Assembly: GCA_002104905.1 (NCBI GenBank)
Contig: MCFE01000258.1
Span: 47,644 to 111,643, forward strand
DNA: 64,000 bases
Direction of reading: 5' to 3'
Source of the DNA: Basidiobolus meristosporus CBS 931.73
Lineage: Eukaryota > Fungi > Basidiobolomycota
The position numbers and the translations under genes are program-made. The notes beneath the pieces were generated by a model. The model had not been told where the DNA came from. It ran no database searches and worked only from the letters and a program-made list of their open reading frames with translations. Positions 45,301-53,943 of the stretch are shown one piece after another. The stretch's first letter is position 1. Every line of letters begins with the position of its first letter.

Positions 45301-45920
45301 TTTGGCGATAAACTTGGAATCGGCGCATCTGTTATCGATTGTTCTTCAGGCGTGTTGCACCACCACATATCTATTTCAGGCATGGTGTAACATCTCTGGC
45401 CACGTGGGCAACGCAGTTGCACTACCTTACCATCAGCGCATATCTGGTAGTCAAAATCGCTTACGCATTTGCCTGACCACGAATTCTTGCAGGTTTTATC
45501 CCCCATGTAGATGGAGGTTTCTGCCACAATCTTCGTCGATTTCGTAGCAATCTCCACTGTGCCGGCTGTCATTAATGAGGCTTTCATCGGCAATTCGCAG
45601 TCTACTTTCCCATTTCCAGCCTCAACGCAGACGTACCGTTCTCTTACCGGTTTCTCCTGCCAGCCGCAATCATATACGTTCCAACGTCCTTGGACACATT
45701 CTTTGTATAGGTGTTTGTTGTTCGGCAAACAAGAAGCAGCCTTCTCATTGCAAGATCCGGGAAGTGTTGTGACCTTTACTGCGGAAGTAAGCGTAGAAGC
45801 TAACCCATTGATGGTATTGATAGCTCCAGGCTCAAACGTTGCTGTTTGGGGGGGCAGAGCCAAAGCCGGTTGGGTTGTTAAGACAGCTAGGAAAGCTGTC
45901 GCTCCAGACCTGATCCACAT
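30339..45920 (-). CDS. Giant secreted mucin/adhesin-like protein (5193 aa), paralog of 20751..29378
   Basis: 15.6 kb uninterrupted ORF. Signal peptide MWIRSGATAFLAVLTTQPALA, five N-terminal Cys modules, ~2600 aa S/H/K/E-rich repeats, ~2000 aa T/V/E/P repeats, C-terminal 6-Cys module ending CDWH. Confidence 0.9.
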   Translation of the reverse strand: MWIRSGATAFLAVLTTQPALALPPQTATFEPGAINTINGLASTLTSAVKVTTLPGSCNEKAASCLPNNKHLYKECVQGRWNVYDCGWQEKPVRERYVCVEAGNGKVDCELPMKASLMTAGTVEIATKSTKIVAETSIYMGDKTCKNSWSGKCVSDFDYQICADGKVVQLRCPRGQRCYTMPEIDMWWCNTPEEQSITDAPIPSLSPNAECQPGPGTCIDHSTYKFCSIQGKWIKTSCPPGTTCKYGRCIMERVTGSVIQQTKVVTHAESSIVATVTVTAVNNCPAEYECTEPGYGRLFKKCINGEMKPFGCDTGALCINWVNDDLQWMGIECILQVAGVLPSASSPSSSQSPILSSVPSLPLASSTSLSIDVRPISSVSSTNEPPTCKKTTCENEGRSGIINACIHGKIRKYQCNANQVCRTTRFGPACAGKNTQRSAMSGWHRSLQVTGSSTHSQSRFTMQPSHSLNDKSDNASSFLPSGDATRSHFSIQKSSDTTSSKSANKSVNHSKYNQPTKSEDYSYSNHLNKSTHTTGSSAQKTSSERVRKSVSKHEESSISNTLKRSSTKKTTTESDHKAANKHAESSTSNMITDNKSSSKHRESSISYKPTATTAKKNSSKPDHRAAGKNGVSSIFHKPTRYSRFARPTKCPIKRTSVRSAYKPPNSSVKKSPSKSTHGAADKKKKSSISHKAAESSHRTEHADSFITKTHSTDPSIERTSDVETSHSVHPTKSSVKNPTLPTHKSVSRDAESSLTHIITISSMVGPNESAHKHTGKHNEPSHPNRRTESSPEKTPGKSAHESVRKNEEPSISHKANDSLHSFPAQPFATKASRESVHKSVSKQAESTIPHEAAETSDSVHPTDASAKKNSSKSANKPVSKHEEPARSARHAESSRDKTPRESAPKSVSKSEESTISHKPTESSAKKSSGGSVRKVSGKAAKSTHATGASAEETPIRSAHKSVSKPKESSVSYRPAEPSTTKTTNETEHKATNKHADSSISHQATDSKSSSKQEESSRGELSHSSHPTESAAKTHPTEHSSLRKSKVTSHFTRRTGPSAEKTPTESVHVNVSKSAKSSISNEATESSRSIHRIGTSVKKASSEPAHKSPGKHLESSRSTHRIESTHSIGSSAKKTSGESAQKSISKHEESSNTHMAIDSSRSLYPTESSAQKTPSNPAHRSVSKSEESVTSNKPTEVPIKKSSNEPAHKTTSKHAESSISSKATEGPTSVHPTGASAKSISGFTHKSKGEPEESSHSTQHTKSTHSTKSSTEKASSGSAHKSVSKHEGSSISHKATEASNSVHPTDASAKKSSSESTDKHVSTHKEPTRSTHQVESSMDKSQSESAHKSVSKSEEFTTSHKPTESWAKRSSIDSVAKPASKHEESSISHVATETSKSIHPTGSSAKKSFSESTHESVSKHEESAYSIHHTKSSMDKSQSESTYKSVSKSEESKISHKPSESSVKRSSSGPVTKTASEHKKQSIFHKTTKISNPVHPAKSSAKQSSSVSAHKSVSKHGNLSHSTRHAESSRDKTPRESAHKSVRRSEESTISHKPTEASAKKSSGGSVRKVSGKAAKSTHATEASAEETPSRSAHKSVSKPKESSVSYRPAESSTTKSTNETEHKAMNKHAESSISHQATDSKSSSKREESSRGELSHSSHPTESAAKTHPTEHSSLRKSKVTSHFTRRTGPSAEKTPTESVHVNVSKSEKSPISNEATESSRSIHRIGTSAKKASSEPAHKSPGKHLESPRSTHRIESTHSIGSSARKTSGESAQKSISKHEESSNTHMAIDSSRSLYPTESSAQKTPNNPAHRSVSKSEESVTSNKPTEASIKKSSNEPAHKTTSKHAESSISSKATEGPTSVHPTGTSAKSISRIAHKSKSEPEESSHTTQHKMSTHTTKSSTEKASSGSAHKSVSKHEGSSISHKATETSNSVHPTDASAKKSSSESTDKHVSTHEEPTRSTHQVESSMDKSQSESAHKSVSKSEEFTTSHKPTESWAKRSSIDSVAKPASKHEESSISHVATETSKSIHPTGSSAKKSSSKSTHESVSKHEESAHSIHHTKSYMDKSQSESTYKSVSKSEESNISHKPSESSVKRSSSGPVTKTASEHKKQSIFHKTTKISNAVHPAKSSAKQSSSVSAHKSVSKHENFSHSTRHAESSRDKTPRESAPKSVSKSEESTSSHKPTESSAKKSSGGSVRKVSGKAAKSTHATEASAEETPSRSAHKSVSKPKESSVSYWPAKPSTTKTTNETEHKATNKHAESSISHQATDSKSSSKREESSRGELSHSSHPTESAAKTHPTEHSSLRKSKVTSHLTLRTGPSAEKTPTESVHVNVSKSAKSPISNEATESSRSIHRIGTSAKKASSEPAHKSPGKHLESSRSTHRIESTHSIGSSAKKTPSNPAHRSVSKSEESVTSYKLTEASIKKSSNEPAHKTTSKHAESSISSKATEGPTSVHPTGTSAKSISRIAHKSKSEPEESSHSTQHTKSTHTTKSSTEKASSGSAHKSVSKHEGSSISHKATEASNSVHPTDASAKKSSSESTDKHVSTHEEPTRSTHQVESSMDKSQSESAHKSVSKSEEFTTSHKPTESWAKRSSIDSVAKPASKHEESSISHVATETSKSIHPTGSSAKKSFSESTHESVSKHEESAHSIHHTKSYMDKSQSESTYKSVSKSKESTIRHKPTESSAKKSSIGSVRKASSKAEEPSTSPKAIKTPNSVHSTGSSAKRSSSEPAHKFVSKHEESSHSTHHSKVSAHKARSESAHKSATKNDAPLTSHKVTESFSSIHPANSSSERSSSESAHKSVSEYKESSHSTHQAGSTHITESSADKTPSESTHESVSKHGEASISHKAAETSNFVHHTVPSAKVGSSKSAYKSKSEHEESSHSTHHSESTHTSESSADRFSSESAHHSVSKHGESMISSKPTESPSEKGYSGSVPKVSSKAEGSSNSNKASKTSNSVHSTGSISKKSSGQSTRKSASKHAELSHSAHYAQSTHTTESSFKSVSKHGKSSISHKVTESDNKSADMLAHTSNKHEESHHSIPATESSVKKTHSESIHKSASQRESSKFATHKGSSTEVTATPPKEVTMTQPTVTITDATVTLKPPSTVTLKPVVSVEVTVSEPALTITEPTVTVDPSVTFKPSKDVTLTPIVSVQVTLTEPTVTVTEPTHIVKHSVTFKPSESITVKPVTSVEVTVTEPAVTITEPTTTLYQSITLRPSENVTLNPVTSVDITVTEPRITVTEKMTTIYQSSIVRPSASVTLRPVASVDVTTTEPTVTVTEPTITVDHHVTIRPSKEVTLTPVTSVELTFTEPTITVTKKIKTLDRSIIQRPSKEITIQPVTSVDVTLTEPTNTVTEKTVTVAHSIIVSPSNEITVKPVTSVEVTLTEPTITVTEKPATVEHSVTVRPSKEVTVRPVSSVDITLTQPTITVTEKPATAEHSVTVRPSREVTIQPVSSIAITLTEPTVTVTEKPATVEHSVTVRPSEGVTIRPVSSVEVTITEPTITVTEKPATVEHSLTVRPSKEVTIQPVSSIAITLTEPTVTVTEKPATVEHSVTVRPSEGVTIRPVSSVEVTVTEPTITVTEKPATVEHSLTVRPSKEVTIQPVSSIAITLTEPTVTVTEKPATVEHSVTVRPSEGVTIRPVSSVEVTVTEPTITVTEKPATVEHSVTVRPSKEVTVRPVSSVDITITQPTVTVTEKPATVEHSVTVRPSREVTIQPVSSIAITLTEPTVTVTEKPATVEHSVAVRPSEGVTIRPISSVEVTVTEPTITVTEKPATVDHSVTVRPSKEVTVRPVSSVDITLTQPTITVTEKPATAEHSVTVRPSREVTIQPVSSIDITLTEPTVTVTEKPATVEHSVTVRPSEGVTIRPISSVEVTVTEPTITVTEKPATVEHSVTVQPSKEVTIQPVSSIAITLTEPTVTVTEKPATVEHSVTVRPSEGVTIRPVSSVEVTVTEPTITVTEKPATVEHSVTVRPSKEVTVRPVSSVDITITQPTVTVTEKPATAEHSVTVRPSREVTIQPVSSIDITLTEPTVTVTEKPATVEHSVTVRPSEGVTIRPISSVEVTVTEPTITVTEKPATVEHSVTVRPSKEVTVRPVSSIAITLTEPTVTVTEKPATVEHSVTVRPSEGVTIRPVSSVEVTVTEPTITVTEKPATVDHSVTVPPSKEVTVRPVSSIDITLIEPTVTVTVGSVDVTLPQPTINVTEKPASVEHSVTVRPSKEATIRPVSSVDITLSQPTITITEKSVTVEQSVTARQSEGVSIQPVSSADVTLTQPTITVTRKPATIEHSVNVSQSKEVTIEHVSSVEVTITGKSATVDRLITGRQSKKLTETLAVIKTGGTRTFTIKTIAEPTVTGIDTALHTVTDVTGGTVVHIVTNTETVVRPTATLAESRSEHITTSAIQTLVKPSVTVFDTTLHTVTDVTGDTIVHTVVHKVTEAETIVRPTVTVVKPHSKYVIASTIETVAGPTVIVVDTTLHTVTDITDETKDKTETHKVTDATTIVQPASTVVGSRSVIASTIETVDDPTFTITDTALHTVTDVTGETIVHTVFNKVTDAETAARPTVTVVESLDGRVTASTIETVVEPTVTVIDTALHTVTDVTGETIVHKVTDAETAARPTVTVVESLDGRVTASTIEIVVEPTVTVIDTALHTVTDVTGETIVHKVTDAETAARPTVTVVESRGEHVVASTIETVVEPTVTVVDTARHTVTDVVGETVVRDVTEVHTVAEPTGAVVRTHTKKVTESRVETAAEPTVTVVDTLMRTVTNVVGETAARQVTVVDTARHTVTDVVGETVTRAPTVAEPTVTVTDTALHTVTDVVGDTIAHEVTEVRTVAEPTVTIVDSSVHTVTDVIGEPVAHVVTAEPVVTIVETLVGEATGVRVETVVDEPTATVVDTVTDVVDKTVAQVQPTVTVVETLGGNVEGTKVETVAEPTVTEVTGETVVHTIVHKGTDAETAVRPTVSVVESRGADVITSTFETVVEPTVTVDDTALHTITEVTGKAIAHTIVNKVNNAQTVVEPTVTVVGTALHAVTDSTGETMAHSIHHKVTYAGIRIFTDTVDESLAHVVTSTQPLVHPTVTVAKSNNSVITHTAYEATVEPTRISANVCGTEYVTVTTTVTVIYEAPTAAQNNVAECVEGQYRCLDSDVSPSFSVCINGRLIENRCASGTVCKSVGHSIICDWH
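33300..35760 (-). repeat. Coding tandem array of 114/228-bp (38/76-aa) units
   Basis: Recurrent TEKPATVEHSVTVRPS units. The shadow ORFs at 35095 and 35323 are 228 bp apart. Confidence 0.85.
37900..43350 (-). repeat. Higher-order ~1.8-1.9 kb internal triplication in the S/H/K-rich domain
   Basis: Near-identical blocks at 39298/41200/43102 (period 1902) and 38107/39895/41797 (1788, then 1902). Confidence 0.85.
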
Positions 45921-45962
45921 GATTCTAAAAACACTCTGGTGCTCGTTCCATACCAGCCAACT

Positions 45963-45969
45963 ATTTATA
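45963..45969 (-). promoter_or_regulatory. Putative TATA box of giant secreted gene 2
   Basis: TATAAAT on the minus strand, about 43 nt upstream of the ATG at 45920. Confidence 0.55.
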
Positions 45970-48900
45970 TGCCTCGCAATCCCTGGAATTCGAAATTTGA
46001 AAACTAATCCGACTGTGAAAGCTCTACACCATCTTCGGTGCGCTTTTACTATTTGGTTTTGCTATCAGCACCATGTTGATAGTCTAGGTTGACGAACAAA
46101 TGAGAATTGTTAACCGATATGACAAATTCATCGTAGCGATTCCGGGATATGGTAATTTAGCTCGCCAGGCGCACATTACACGGGTGTTAAGAATAACTCA
46201 ACTCAAGTCGACAGCCCATTATAGAGCTGGCACCGATTTTGGAGTGCCACTTGCCAGTTCCGTTAGCTTACGCATAAATGACATTGTTACACCGTTTCCA
46301 TTTCCTATTCGAATGATCCTAGAGTATATCTCATGCAAGATCTTTACTATTAAATGTAAACGCCGGCTTCTAGTTTTTCTCGAGTGGGCCACAATTGCGC
46401 AAGAAGCGCACTGGCCGTTCCAACCTAGCTACATCAAGGGTCGGCTGAATTTTGTGTCTAAATCCCCGACCTCCAGCAATTCCAACTTATAAAGGATATA
46501 CTTTGTAGTTTAATCTAATCGTTGCGCACTACCCAAGCCTGGGTCAGCCACACAGACTCTGCGGAGTAACGTCAAACCAATCGTAGCCATCCATCACTTT
46601 ATGGCCAACTTGGGGCACAACTTTCATGAGAGGTGCCCTATGCGATCCCATTCTTTGGAGTGGCTGCATCGGTATTAGCACGGCTCGCAAATCAAATATT
46701 TGCGCATCCTTACGCTCTACTTGTAGGTTTGAACAAACCCTCGTGAAGGACAGGCCTACTATTGCAGAAGCTATTGTTGATGGCTAGACATGTAGTCTGG
46801 ATTAATTCTAATGTGTCTGCAATTCTAGAAGTGGTAATTCTTAAAAGAAGACTGTAAGGTATACTGGAGAGTGCTGATACGATCAAATATGTCAAGCTGT
46901 TTAATTGTGATGTCCCTAGAATCCCAAATATGGTAAGTCTATGTGATCGCACCTATTAGCAAGCATCAGATCTGCTAGGGACCCCGATAAGGATCGTCAC
47001 TCTACCAATCATTGATTTACTCCTCATGGGTTCGATTATGATTTTCTTTCCTATCTGAGCGGTATAAACATTTCTTCAGATCAGTCAAGATCTTGTAGGA
47101 GCAGGTATGTGATGGAACCATTCGCATGTATTGAGTTCATTATTAGGGAGGAGTGGTTGTAACCATGCACCCAACTACACATTGAGCAGATATGCTCCAG
47201 CTCATCTTGCTCATCCAACTCTATGTCCCGTTATCCACGGAAAGCCTATAAAATTGCTTGGAACAATCCTGCGCCAACGATGAGTGTTTGCCATGCTTAT
47301 CAACAGTGTGTTTAATAGCATATCAGGCTTGATTGAACAGCCAAATCACCGTGGTTGCCTGGTATTAGGTTTGCACTCATTGCTGGGGAGTTGGATTGAT
47401 TTAGTAATAACGTTATTCTTCCAACTTTATGGCGCTTCATTGGGCTGTATGGTAGGATTTTCCATGCCCCAAATATATTCAAGTCTAGACTTCAGATCAC
47501 CCAGCAAGCCAAGGAAAAACCAATATCCAAGCTGATGTTTCTATCTTTCGCTGACTAAACTCATTCTGGAACTCTCTGAGGACCGATTTGGAAGCCGTTC
47601 CACGCTAACCCTAAAAGTATCTCTTTTTTAACTCTACATGCTGAACCTCAACGTACATCATTGATCACTTCCATTGAAGCAATGCACTGGGCTTGATTAC
47701 CTGTCAGAGATATCACCAAGAGAGTATCAGGTGGACCAAATTAGCAAATGCAGGAATACATGTGTCACGAGACACCGAGAACTCGGTCCTCACAAGTGGT
47801 ATTCTGCAAAGCGCAACTGCATCAGGTGTTTAAGCCACTCAACAAGCATGTTGATTATCATGTACGGAGTATTTGGTCTCAACTACTGGTTCGTTTACAG
47901 TCGTACTAGACTTGTGAGGTAATCATGTAACCGCTGTTTTGACCTATTACGAGATGGCCTGCTGATTAGTCTACAGTACAGAGATATTCCCGTTTCTGGA
48001 AGCCAGGATACATGTTTCCTGCTCGGTATTCTACACATGGACTAGTCTAATCGCCTCCAAAATATATTCACTAGATCTTGAATCCATACCGCTCTCTCCA
48101 GCATAAATATTACCAGAGATGGCTACTGTGTATTCTCGAAGAACTTTCCACTTGAAGTTTTCTAGCCCAAATAAGCCACAAAGTGGGTAGTAATGATCGT
48201 GAAGCAGTTCGCCAGTTCCAGTACTAGGGGTATCGGAGATATTCGATAAGCATCTGTTTTTGTTCAGACCCACACATCGGGCCACATCGTAAGCGCTCCA
48301 ATCGGTTGTTATCTTACGTTTCAGTTTATCATCGCTTTGGTTAACACTTCTTAGTGGGACTGAATATAGCAAATGGTGCAGGGGTATAGATATTTCCAGT
48401 GAATGTAAAGGTTATAAAACAAACGAATATGCACATATTGAAAGGTAATATACCAGTCATGCTGCATTCTCAGCTTGTGATATCATCCATGCCATGAAGA
48501 GGGATTAACTTTGTTTCTTGGAAGATATTTATTTAGCAGATTTCACAAGTGATGATGTATGGCCAGGTTGCATCCTGTTTGGATTCCATGCAATTCTGCT
48601 CAGAGTTGCTAAGTGGTCATGGTAGGGCGTAGAATGTCAACAAAATCGATGCTCTCAATGTGATTGGGCCTTATGGCTAGAAACCAGATATATAAGTGCG
48701 ATTTGCACGAATAGATGCGCAGTATCAGTTGTAACCGGTATAATATCGATTGCAATAAATAGACATTCGTTCTAAAGCGTTCAGTAGCTCTTCTCTTATC
48801 AGTGCTGGAAAAAAACAGAATTTTCTTGGGTGTATCTCAGCTATATTGAATTTCACATGCGCTGCACTGTGCCATTGGTGTAGAGCTGCTCATACCAGAG

Positions 48901-49089
48901 GTCAGCCCAGAAGCCCTGGGCCGTCACCACCACCAGAAGAATGTTGTTTAACCCAATAAGTTTAATCACGTCTATTTAGATGTCACGCTTTTCAATGCCA
49001 GTATTCGACTTGGTATTTGGCTTCTATTTGTGAGAAATCAATGCAACTACCACGCCTCTAACGCCATTATTTAGCATTTTTTGGCTCCC

Positions 49090-49500
49090 TCTATAACACA
49101 GCTGGGAAAATCAGTTGTCGACAATCCTTCACATTCTCAAACACCCAAACACTGTAAAACATGTGGCTGCAGAATTCCCACCTACCCATCCCATATTTAT
49201 TCAGTATGTAAGCCACCGTCAAGTTGCCAGACCCACTTGGGCCAATGTACGCGTTCTTAACATCTAAAAGGCCCACTGCATTGTCACAGCAGGAACCCGA
49301 AATAGTAAATACCTAAGTAATTTCATGAGTGAAGCTCATGACACAGAAATAGCACGACACCAAGTTGTAAATCCGTATTCAACATCTTGATCAGCCAATT
49401 TTGCAACATACCGCCTTTGGCAGATGCCTTGATAAGGTCTCCCACGATATGTGCATACTTCGTCTGAGGACTAACTTGCACGGTTTGGCCTCATTTCGTT
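49090..49500 (-). mobile_element. Possible old non-LTR RT relic
   Basis: RGRPYQG and CCDNAVGLLDVKNAYIGP resemble RGLFQG and WCTANGMEVNTAKSAYIGP of the LINE at 58688-60382. Heavily decayed. Confidence 0.3.
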
Positions 49501-50734
49501 AGCACTTTACTGTTACAAAGAAAAACTCGCAACTCCATTTGCGACCAACTTATGAAATGTTGTTGAGGGAATACACTCACTGATGGTGAAGAGGTTGATT
49601 TGTTTCTGAGAAACTCTACGTGCAACGCTACAATTGGAAGTAGCATATCAAGCCATAGTGCTGCTGTTCATTTTGTCAATGCTGCATTAGATCGAGATAT
49701 ATCTTGCGAGTTCATCCGATCGTATTGGACTACCAACGGTTATCAAACCGATATTGTTTACTTTCTTTACTGCTTCATCCATTCGATGGGAAGATGTGCA
49801 CACGGATCCATCATTGAGTCTCACCACCTAGGTTGTTTGGTGTGTTGGGAATTATCTATGCGATCAGTAGAGACTTAGACTACCCACTATGCGAAATATA
49901 ATCGTTGATGTCCACTGAGTGAGTTACGTTTGTGGACATACCAGAGCAGCCGGTTCCACATCATCATGGGGTTAACAATCGGTGAGTGTGTGCAGCCTAG
50001 ATTTCCGAATCAAGGGCCAAACTTGATGGTGCACCCCAAAGATCCGGTTATAATGATTGAGTCCAAGCATAGCAACCCAATCCATTTCACTGATATCCTG
50101 ACTACGAGATTTTCGACCCGGAAGCCTTAGTTGGTGAGAATGTATTTAGTGAAGACCAACTGGCTATATGGTTGACGTCAAGATATACGAGCATAATGAG
50201 AGTTGAAAGATCGTAATCATTGACAGGTTTCCATCTTTGATGCTAACTGGCTTGGCTAAAATCTCCTTTATGTTCGAAATGAAGAGTAGAAATCAGGAGA
50301 TTACTTAAAGCAGCGACGTCGAAAACCGGGGATGTAAAGGGCACCGCATTCTGTGTGGATAACCCAGCGTGCGAACTCCAAATTGCGAATTCCTAGCAAA
50401 CCTACCCGTTCATCCCACAGTACCTTGTCTAGCTCGTGCACATCGATAATTCACATATAATAACGATAATGGCTGACCGTTGATAAGTATTCAGCCGGTG
50501 GTAAAGTAGGGACTGATGATCAGCCCTTTTGGCTGTGGCTGTAACCGCTACCTATCATTTCACAACATTCTATATCGACCCTTTGATAGTAGGCCTCCAC
50601 CACATCTATGCAAATAGATGAGCTTTGTTACCTGCACCAAAATCATGCGATGTTACCCGATATCACTAGCCGTATTTGGAAAAATCGGTTTTATTGCTGC
50701 CCGTTCCAGGGATAGAGTACTGTAGAACACCTCG

Positions 50735-51016
50735 TTAATCCCTACACCGAATGCTTTCGAACGCATACTTGGTTTGGTACGAACTTCTGATATTATCGTG
50801 AATTGTTGCTCCAGCACAGCCCAAAATGGTGTAAATAGCACAGCTTCCGGAGCGGACTCGGATGGAATGTCTTGGAGTAACGTTCACGCACCTTGCAGCG
50901 GTAATGTCTGCTTGGTTACCATTGAAGTCGTACCCATCATAAATGGTGGCGTAGATTTTCGAGTGAGCTACCTGGACAAGAGAAAGAAGAGCGGAGACTA
51001 TGATAAGGGATTTCAT
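50735..51016 (-). CDS. Small secreted 4-Cys protein, possibly beta/gamma-crystallin (Greek-key)-like
   Basis: 93 aa. Signal peptide MKSLIIVSALLSLVQVAHS. Motifs IYDGYDFNG, CAIY..GC.G and S.RC. CATAAATA upstream. Confidence 0.7.
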   Translation of the reverse strand: MKSLIIVSALLSLVQVAHSKIYATIYDGYDFNGNQADITAARCVNVTPRHSIRVRSGSCAIYTILGCAGATIHDNIRSSYQTKYAFESIRCRD

Positions 51017-53943
51017 GTTGAAGATGGTATGGCGGCTCTCCCCCCGCGGTTATTTATGATGGTTCATGGTTGGTGTAATATGTGGTTACTGCCACCGAGT
51101 GGGAATTCTAAAGTTGCTTACTGCAATTGGCCCTAGCGAATCAATTCCTGGTAATGACAAGCACTCTGCTGATCCATCTCTAACTGCAACAAGAACACGT
51201 TGAAACAAGTTACCTGCTTCTCAGCACACACCCTCACGATAAGAAACAGGCCATACCAACTCAAACTTGTTAGCATGGGAATCTGGATGTTGCTTATTGC
51301 AACGAGCCTCGGTGAATCCACTCCTAGTAATGGTAAGTGCTCGGCAAATCCATCTCTAGTTTCTACACAAACAGGTTAAAGCGGGCTACCTGGCTATCAG
51401 CCCTCTCACTCACTGAAGCTAGCTTCTTGCGAAATGAAAGGCAAGTATTCACCACCCAAGCCTGTTGGTATGGTCAGTACACTGATAATATCACACGATC
51501 CATATCTGGATTAGTTTACGATGTGATTCTACCAGTAATCAGTAGTGATACAGGGCGAGATTTTAACGAGCTTGTATGAATTGCACGAACTATACCATAC
51601 CAATTGGGGCCAATGTATGATTTAATCTCTAATCGTGCTATTGTTTTCACATGATACTTTGTGTACCACAAAATGGAATGAGTAAATTGCGAAGTGACGA
51701 TTTCCCTTCTACATGCTATTATCATCTACGTACAAAGGACACACGGTAGATGGCCCCAAGGGCGATGAATTGCATCCTAATGGTAGAGGAAATACACCGC
51801 AGCAATTTGATAAGGGTGATTTGTGTGTATCCAAGTAACTTCTGGCAATGCTGCGTAATGTAACAGGTATCCTGGCAGGAGAATCTATGGTATCAGCAGC
51901 GGTGGGAAACTTTCGAATTCCTCGAACTGTCAATGGCTTGAAGTTTTCTCATAGCATCCAACAGTTCTTGCCTGTTTCATCCGTTGGTTTTTTTTTCTCA
52001 TGAATCGGGCTTTACATAGTAATTTTTTGACATATATATCCCTAGTAAAAAACTCGGATTTTAGTTGATTTTTTGCGGAAATTTCAATGCAACTCCATTT
52101 ACAGCTACACGTTTCGTACTATTTTTGCCTGCGAAATTGCCAGAACCTCAGTTTCATAATTTGCACATCTCAGCTTTATTTAGCTTATTCACTACTGTGT
52201 GCCTACCGGTTCATGGTATATACTTCGTTATTGGGCACACAGGGGTAATCATATCAAATGCGGTAGATCATGTTGTAGTCGCTCAATGTAAATCAAATGG
52301 TCTATGAGTTCTCCCAGTCACTTCCTGCATCTCAGAATCCTGCAGCACTTTTGTTTTAGGAGATGAAACTAAAGATCAGTGCAGTGATCTCATATTCAGT
52401 TTTATGGTTTACACAATGAATGGTGGTCATTTTGCTCTAACTGTGGGCTGTGAAACTGTAAGAGCGGCAGGCACATATTTAACTGGCTACTGGATGAGCA
52501 ATCAGTAGAGCTTATCAACAATGTGACATCCTAGCTGAAAAAGGTACGCTGGCACTTGTCCAGGGTGAGAGTAGGATTGTAGCCTACATTGCAGGATGCC
52601 TAAAGATATTTGCCAACTTATTTGGTGTGTTATTTCCCAGACAATTTCTTGACTGGGATTTATTTACTCCCCAACTAGTTCCATCATATCGCCAACATTG
52701 GGTGATAACCACGTACTATCATAGAACTTCCAATCATGTCCAGTAGCTCCAAAATCATCACAGTAGTGTGCATAAATAAGCTCTATTTGGTTAGTTATGA
52801 AATACTCTAAGTGATATTTTAGTGCAGATTTAAGTTTTGTAGTTAAGCCTGAGTATATGTATCAGCTTAGGGTTTGAAAATACTGATAACATCATGACCT
52901 TTAGTAATTCTAAGAATTAGTCAATATCTTACAAACCAAATCTGAGGCAAATAGCTCATAACTTAGCAATAAGCCAAGTTAAATCTTATTCTATATGAAT
53001 TACTTGGATGTAAACTCATTATTTACAACAGATATGAATGCTTGAAGGAAGGTCCCAGGAAGCTGCATGCAGTACTTGTACTTTTAGAAAAGCTTTCTAC
53101 AGCTAATGGTGTGAGTGAGCTAATTATAGTCCCAGGAAGTGGAATGCAAGGTTTAAGGGTTGCTGGACAATTTTGAAAATCCTGACATCTTCTAGGCCTA
53201 CACTGATGCAAAGAATTAGCTGATTTCTTACAAACTAAATGACAAGTAAATTACTATATCAGCAATCTCAGACTTGGAACTCATCTATTAATCTGCTAGT
53301 ACTCTCATGGTATTTTGCTGGCATTCAGCTGGTATTTTTCCTTTGAATTTTTAGTTTCAATTTTTGGTGAAAGTAATGAACGACTAATTACTGAATTTGG
53401 TATGAATGCTAGTTGACTTAGTCTCTTGGGAAAAATGTCTGTTTGTCTGCCAAATGGCTGATGCCTGAGATATTGAGAGTTGTAAGTTTAGAGAAACTTG
53501 GAATTCAGCTGATATTTAACAGTACTCTGCTGGCCTTTTCTTAATTTTTTTCATAGGGAAACCTATAACTTACCAATAAGCCAAGTAGAATCTTTAGCTG
53601 TAAACTGTGATTTGGAGAACTAAAAGAGCTACACATTTGCATATCGGCTTATTGAGATTGGATAAAGTATCTTCTTGGGCCGAATTATAGATGTTTGGAG
53701 ATACTAGGTGAGGTTCATTAGCACCAATTCTACATTGATAGGAAATCACATCAGATGGCGTGAATTAAAATCTTGGTTCAGCTTGCAGAACCATTTCACA
53801 AAGAATAAAGGATGTCAAAAAGTATTCATTGGTGTGCACAACAAAAGTCCATGTCTAGGTTTCATAATTTAGTTTGCTCAGCATCCGTAATATATATACA
53901 TAAGATGAGCGTTAGCGCAAGGAGGGAATACTTGGTGTGACTC

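Noticed and set aside
48031-48372. 113-aa ORF with WSAYDVARCVGL (SAM-domain-like start)
   Set aside because: The resemblance is too short, and it has a TTG start and no supporting signals.
52600-53700. AT-rich, CpG-poor stretch with LTR-like words
   Set aside because: It is probably an old transposon relic, but too degenerate to assign boundaries or a family.
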